Assembly: GCA_021613535.1 (NCBI GenBank)
Contig: CP075493.1
Span: 8,060,001-8,124,000 of the forward strand
DNA from: Adineta vaga
Taxonomy: Eukaryota; Animalia; Rotifera
Direction of reading: 5' to 3'
Length of the DNA stretch: 64,000 nucleotides
Below are positions 57,062-64,000 of this stretch, one piece after another. Position numbers and translations under genes: made by a program. Under the pieces are notes generated by a model, which was given only the letters and a program-made list of their open reading frames with translations, was not told the origin of the DNA and searched no databases. Position 1 is the stretch's first letter. Every line of letters starts with the position of its first letter.

Positions 57062-58719
57062 ATGTTTCTAGCACGTATTATCTCATTGAAATTATTGAAA
57101 CAACAACAACATTGTATAGAATCACATTCACGATGTTTTCTCTCAAATTTATCTTTTTCACTACCGAATAACACTATAAATCAAAAACGATTGATTTCGA
57201 CAACGAAAGATGAAAATGATAGTAATGAATGGTTATGGGCTTATTTACGTGATCGAAAAAGTTTTAGTGATCTTAATGAAGAACAAAGACGACGTGTTAT
57301 TGAAATTGGTTAGAATCATTAGATCATTTAATGTACTAAAAGATGTTCTTTTTTGTATAGAAATTCAAACATTAAGAGAAGCTGGTGATCGTGTACCAGA
57401 TGAAATACCGGAAGAACGTTGGAATGAACTTCTCAACTTACCAACAGTAGAATCTCGAAAAACAGTCTATGGGTAAATTGAAGTTTATGTTGATAAATAA
57501 TGATAGTTAATATTTAAGATTAAGTATGCAATATGAATCCATGATTTTATATAGCAATGTATATTCTTTGGATAGATTTATGTTAATTAAAATATCTTTT
57601 TTTTTAAAATCATATTTAGATATCTCTTTCTTCGTGAACTACATCGTAAACGTCGTGCTGCTGTTGTTGCTTCGAATGATATACGTCGAGCGGAATCTTC
57701 TAAACGTCGTGCAACATTACTTGCTGAAGGAAAACAGCCAACGAATTATCCTGGTTATTCTACTATATTTCGTCATCTAGGTCGTCAAAATGAAAAATAT
57801 ATGCGCGAACAATTATTACTTGCGCCAGCACGACTTGGTGAAATGCTTGTTATTGATTGTGGTTTTGAAAAAGATCATGTACGAGAATATTATCTATCAA
57901 GTTTAGCTGATCAACTACAATATTTATTTGCGGATATATCACAATATCATTCACCATCATTTATTTATCTATGTAATGTATTACCTCATGGACGATTACA
58001 AGCTGAATTTGATCGTCGTGCATCATTAGAAAATATGTGTTTTGAAAAAACATCCTCAAGTTATTTGGACCTATTTCCACCTGAGAAACTTATTTATTTA
58101 TCACCAGATTCCAATAATGAAATGACATCATTTGATCATGATGCTGTATATATTGTTGGTGGCATTGCTGATCGAAGTAAGTCGTTTGGTTTGTGAATCA
58201 CTATTCTGAGGAAAATGTTGAAGTTCAAATAACAATAGAAAATTTTCTCTTATTATCGTTAGATAACTGCAATGAGTTAATGTAAGAAAAAAGTAAATTT
58301 GATTGATATCTTTCTTTGTTGTTCATAGCTGGTAAAAAACCATTAACATTCGCAAAAGCAAAACGTGAAGGTTTAAAACATCAACGATTTCCAATTGATC
58401 GATATGTCAAGTATGTTGTTGTCTCTGTTTTTTTATTATTGTGTAGCTTAGAATAAATGATTTGTTTAGATTTGGTGGTGGCAGTGGAAAATCATTAACA
58501 CTTGATCAAGTTTATAACATTCTAATGACATTGAAACATACTGGTTCTTGGATGGAAGCATTTAAATATATTCCGTAAGAATGTTATGTTATTTTTGATT
58601 TTTATATTCTTTAAATTGTTGGAAATGTTTTTAGAGATCGAAAAGTTGTGGAACGATATACAGATACAAAAGAAATTCACATGGAAAAATTCGGTCGAAA
58701 AATTGGTTTAAATGCTTGA
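57062..58719 (+). CDS. TRMT10C: Mitochondrial RNase P protein 1 / tRNA m1R9 methyltransferase
   Basis: Presequence-like N-terminus, LVIDCGF, SYLDLFPPEKLIYLSPDS, VYIVGGIADR, AKAKREGL, KSLTLDQV and W.EAFKYIP.RK. Confidence 0.9.
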
Positions 58720-59311
58720 TAATCTGTTGTTTTTTGTTTGTATTTGTGTTTAACAATCAAATGTTATAAAAATGTTAAAAAAAAGACGAACAATAGTACC
58801 TACATATCGTATCCTAGAACTTTGAATGAATCTATCATAAAGAATTGTGTCAGCCGTTTCAACAGATTATAAATACTTCCTATCATTATCTGCAGTTTCT
58901 TCTATAATAACATATAATCTCTAATCACTATATACGTCAACTTAGAGAGAGAGAAAATAAAATCATTCATGTCAATCTAAGCATAACTTTCCTATCAATA
59001 ATCTTCGAAATGTATCAATCAAAAGCCAATCATAAGAATCTTATTGTTTTGACAAATCGTATTAGACAGATGTTTCCATATGTGTAAAAATAATACCAAT
59101 TATTTTCATGTCAAATAAATATATGTAATTCTTTTGCGCCGTTTCGGTTAATTATAGGATATCCGAAAGAAAGAAAAAAGCAAGTTTACATCGAAAGATT
59201 GTTCCTGATAATCACCGTCGTTGATTTATTTTATAGAAAAATAAAAGACATGAACGAGATGACGATATGTAAAAAAGAGAGTGAGAGAGAAAGCGCAGTA
59301 AAAGACATGTA

Positions 59312-61291
59312 TTAAACTAATGTGACATGAAGTGCTGATAGTGTTGAAGTTTCATCACTGGATGTTTTTGTTTTAATTGAAACTGGACTATGAGTGCTTT
59401 GTGAAAGATATTGATGTTGATGATTATTGACAGTTAACGTATGATGATAATTATTTGAATTTAGTAAAGGTGATTGAGTATTATCAAGAGATGAACTATT
59501 CATACCTTTCATTGTTGCTGGAATATATAAATGAGACGAATTGGATAATGTTCGTGGTCGTACATCTGATGAATTGTATAAAACAGCCATCGATGCTGAC
59601 GAACGTCTGCGTGCCATAGCGGCCCAAAGATCATTTTCGGTTGCTGAAAATCGTCTGGATTGTCGTCGTAACATATCTGTTGATGGTGGTATACCAGCTG
59701 GATGACAACGATGTGTACTTACTCTATCATGATGCGTTGGAAATGGATATTGTCCACGACGAAAGAATATATATAAAACCATTTCACGAAAACGTTGTCC
59801 AAACGCAGCAAATAGGAAAAAATTAACGAAACCATTAAATGCAACCAATAAATTAGCAAATGTATTGTAACTGTGTAAAGAATTCTTATTTAAACATGGT
59901 GATAATTGCACAAGTAAATTAACAAATAAATTTATTGAACGACATAACATGAATGTTAAAACGATAACAATCAACATAATTGTTATGCGAATATCTGCTT
60001 TCAAACGATGACCGAGACGTTTTTTCTTCTTTTTTATTAATAATAATTGATGTATCATACTACCGTTGCATAATGTTAATAATGTAAATGGAATTACAAA
60101 TGTTATTGGAACATTTAAATAAAAACGATAAATTGATTGATATATTGGATTTTCACCGAAACTTGTATATGTTAATTCAAATACTTCAACAACTTCATTT
60201 TGATTTGATGTTGAATTTGCGATTGGCATAGATCTTTTTATTGTTCGTTTTGTTGTACAATATTCAAACCAATGTGGAAAAATATAAATATTGACTAGAA
60301 TAAAAACAAGTAAGACCAAATGTAAAGCAATTTTTCGTGTACGAATCTTTTCCGCTAATAATGGCCAACAAATAAGAAAATATCGATCACCACTAACAAG
60401 CACAGTTAAATAAGTACTACAAAGTAAAAGCATGGAAAGCAATGGTGTTGTAAATGGTGCAACACGAGCATAGAATTGTTCATAATTATTCGCTAATAAT
60501 GCATTACGATTGATCGTATCTGGTTGATGTAAATATGACAATAATTCAGGATATGATGCTTGAAAAGAAAAAGGAAATAAAAAAGTTTTCTCTTTGTTTT
60601 ATTAACACAACAATATATATATATATATATATGCGCCAACTATGACGCAACTTCACGCAGAGAAAAAATTCAATGGTAATATAGCATTTTAACAAAAAAT
60701 TATAGGAAATAAGTTCGAAATCATCCTGTTTAAACTACTAATTATCGAGATGAATAAGTTAAAAGAACGGAAATATGCATCATTACTATTTCTCAACCAA
60801 GAGAATAAATTCGAAATTTAAAATGGAAAACACTGTAAATGTGCTTATTCTACTATATCAGTAATTTCCGAGTACGGAGAGACAGCACCTGCTGATAGTA
60901 CTATGAGCACACGATTCGAAATGCACTGAATACCCCTCATCTTTCTGATTATTATCGTGAATCATGACTTACCAATTGATTTGATTGAATAATTAATTGT
61001 TATACCAACTAATAGAAATATATTACATATGGATAATGCTAATAGATATACATGTGTAGAACTATTTCTCATTCGTGGATGAATTAGAACTACAACTGTG
61101 AAGATATTGGTAACAATACCTGAATGACGAAAAAAAAACCAGACATAATTGAAAAAAAAACAAACATTTTGTGATTCATTTTTCTTACCAGATATACAGA
61201 AGATCAATGTAAGCCATCCACCAACGATATATTTAATCGAAACGGTATTCGAATCGATGGAATTTGGTTCAGCTGAACAATTGAGCGACAT
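59312..61291 (-). CDS. Second FMRFamide-receptor-like peptide GPCR (exons 61291-61189, 61119-60973, 60558-59312)
   Basis: HPRMRNSSTHVYLLALS, GDRYFLICWPL, RITIMLIVIV and NFFLFAAFGQRFR. Confidence 0.88.
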
Positions 61292-63881
61292 TAATCGTCA
61301 TTGATAAACATTAAGAAAAACATTGTAGCAAAAAAAGAAACTAAAACATTGAAAAAGAAAAAGAACTAATTAAATATGTCTAAGCATGTCTGATGAATTT
61401 TTGGTGTTTTTCTATGCATCCTACAAAAGCTATCATTTGAACCGAGACGACAAAGTTATGTCGCAACAAATCTTCTCATAAGCAAAAGAAAGACGAGAAG
61501 AAAAGCCGACGAGAGAAGAGAAACTTGCTCCTCTAATCGTCTTCGGGTTTTTTCTCTCTAACTTCGAACTGTCTAGAAAATACATTGAAGCTAAAAAAGA
61601 AAGAAATCGTATGACACGACAACGTGTAATTTAGTTAACCAGTTTCTTGCTTCATGACAGCTCTACTATTACTTATATTTCTCTCTCAATTAACAAAAAA
61701 AAATGTTATTTTCATAAAAAAACCCGTGTCTTCACATTCTCAAGGACATCCATGTGAAAAACAATAGTTATTTCTTAAAAAAAATGAACAAGTAAATATA
61801 ATATGTCTGATGATATATCCGTCATTTTCTTTCCTCATGATTAAAATTTCGACAATCTATCGGAAACCAAAAACGAACAACAAGAGCTAAAGATTTTTCT
61901 GCAGTTACTAAAGAAAGAATAAAGAGAAAAAAAACTCTAAGTTCAAAAAACTTGAAAACCTTCAATGACGAGTCCGTCTCTTCTTTTTTGCTTCTCTATT
62001 CATCACCCTAGTGTCAATAACCATTTATTTCTACAGGACAAAGAAAAAGAACGAGAAGAGGCAACAAACTCAAGATCAGTGCATGTTTTCTAGTACTCAA
62101 CTATGATTCACTGGAATAAAAAGAGACGGATAAAAGACAAGAAGAAGAAGACGAAGAAGGAAGAGAGAGAGAAAATACAAACTAACAAACAATCCTTGAA
62201 CTGTAAAAAAATTAATAGCTGGGACATTTTTCTTGACTTCAACGATTTTTTAATATATATATTCGGAAACATATTATAATTAGTTACATGTTGACAATGC
62301 TAAGCAAAATAAAGAAAAGAATGCAGAAGAAAAATATTGATTGAAGTTTTCTCTTTTGTCATTCATTAGATATTCTCATGTAGCAATTAACAATGTGGAC
62401 TAATTCTAACAACGATTGTATTATACAAACGATGATTTGATGCACTTAAATACGAAAAAAAGCTATAAAGTTAAATAGATCGTAACTGTCATGGGAGACA
62501 TTCGCTTATTAGTAATTGAACGAGAAAAAGATCTTTAGGGAATTGACTATGGTTGACGATTAAGTGAAAAAGAATAGTGACAAAAAAAAGTCGATTAAAT
62601 CATATATCTATCGACGAAACAATAGACAACAGTTAATCTTTTTACAATCCTTTTCAGAAACTAATCATACAAGCGATCGTATATTTTCTAAGATATATAA
62701 ACATGTGATCAAGCGTATGATCATCAATAACACATATATATTATCATGATTAGTGCACTTGTGGAAATCTAATTTCGTTTTTTTTGTATCTATTGCTTTT
62801 TGTTAGTCAAGGCAATTGATGTTAGTCTTTTTGAAAAAGAAAAGCTCAGATTAGTCGAACACAATCACATAAGTAAATCTTAACTCATAATTGATAAGTA
62901 GGAATTAATTGCAAAGAAAGTCTTCTTAATACCAGAAAACAGTATCGAAAGGAAAAATGAGCGATTCTTTTCCAATATTACAATATTCCTGAGATAATTA
63001 ATAGATATATGGGATATTGTTATGACATTGAGTCTTTTTTCTGTTTCTGGACAATGTCATCAACAGACTGATTTTAATCTAGCAAGGGAATGCTTGCCGA
63101 GATGTCTCCATTCTTTTTTTTATGTGTCTCACAATGAGATACTATCACACGATCGTCAATGCTGTATTCATGTAAAGTATAGAAATCCTCATTGTATGCA
63201 TGCCATCGGTTGTATGGCGATAATAATCAAATAATCGATGACAAAATGTATTGGAAAGAAAAAGCGAATTAAATCGATGTCTAGTCAATGCTTTCACAAG
63301 TAAGTAAGTAAGTAATCGGCCAAGAAAGTCACATTATTTAGTCTGGTTGATAGCTTTCATTCATTGATGTAACTAAAAACGATTTCCTTATCATAAGAAC
63401 GAAGAAGAAGAAGAAGAAAAAGAAGAAGCCACAAGTAACAATATACACGCAGATACATATATATATCTATATTAAAATCATTAATATGTCCTTAAACACA
63501 TCTGGCTTTATGAAAAAAAAAAGAATTTTCTTATAAACAAAGAGACAAGAGACAAAAGAAAAAAAGAAATACAACAGGATGCAAATCTGTATTGACAACT
63601 GATATTTGAGCTTTGCTCATTGATGAAACAGCATTTATTGAGATGAAATTCTTCTCAAAGAAACTCAATGTAAAATTAACAGTCACTCGAATGATTCGAA
63701 GATTTGTGTAATAAATTTGAACGTATATATCTCGGTTTATCATAATGAGATTGTTTCTCTTGAGCAAGAATAAATGTATTCTTTAAACGTTCAACATTGG
63801 ATTTTAATGCTTGTGATACATCATTATAATTATATTTATTTTCTACCAATTGATTGATTTCTTCAACAGGTTTTATATTAC

Positions 63882-64000
63882 TTAATCAGTATCATCTTCA
63901 CTTGATGTTGTATGTGTTCGAGATGATGGTGGTGGTGCTGGTGATTTATGACGATTTCGTATCGATTTAACGAATATTGGTGGCTTGTGTCGATTTTGCA
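63882..64000 (-). CDS. Probable 3' end of a gene continuing beyond the window
   Basis: Open frame ...QNRHKPPIFVKSIRNRHKSPAPPPSSRTHTTSSEDDTD* with codon usage like the neighbouring genes. Confidence 0.5.
   Translation of the reverse strand, partial: QNRHKPPIFVKSIRNRHKSPAPPPSSRTHTTSSEDDTD

Overview
AT-rich eukaryotic (metazoan) genomic DNA. It is gene-dense, with many short GT-AG introns (mostly about 55-70 nt). This style suggests a bdelloid rotifer (inference, not verified). About 22 protein-coding genes can be assembled by hand. In order: 3' end of a TRMT2-like gene, NECAP, an FMRFamide-receptor-like GPCR, NUP35, a candidate BH3-only protein, three tandem small single-pass PPxY proteins, a GH18 chitinase, a PRMT1-like gene, HSBP1, a claudin-like tetraspan, a frameshifted CX5R phosphatase, two tandem glutamate dehydrogenases, HP1/CBX, SVOP, GLDC, DOT1L, a B-box/coiled-coil/propeller protein, TRMT10C, a second peptide GPCR and a truncated 3' end. 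A miR-2 family cluster lies at about 56.0-56.3 kb. Most notable: (1) the chitinase splices into a Ly6/uPAR three-finger domain plus a GPI signal; (2) a candidate BH3-only gene with a hydrophobic tail; (3) the PPxY membrane-protein cluster; (4) a phosphatase split by a +1 frame change at GGG-TTT-A; (5) a 174-nt identical tract between otherwise diverged GDH paralogs; (6) two methyltransferase homologs with altered catalytic residues. No tRNA, rRNA, CRISPR array or intact transposon was recognised. All exon models are manual and need RNA-seq confirmation.
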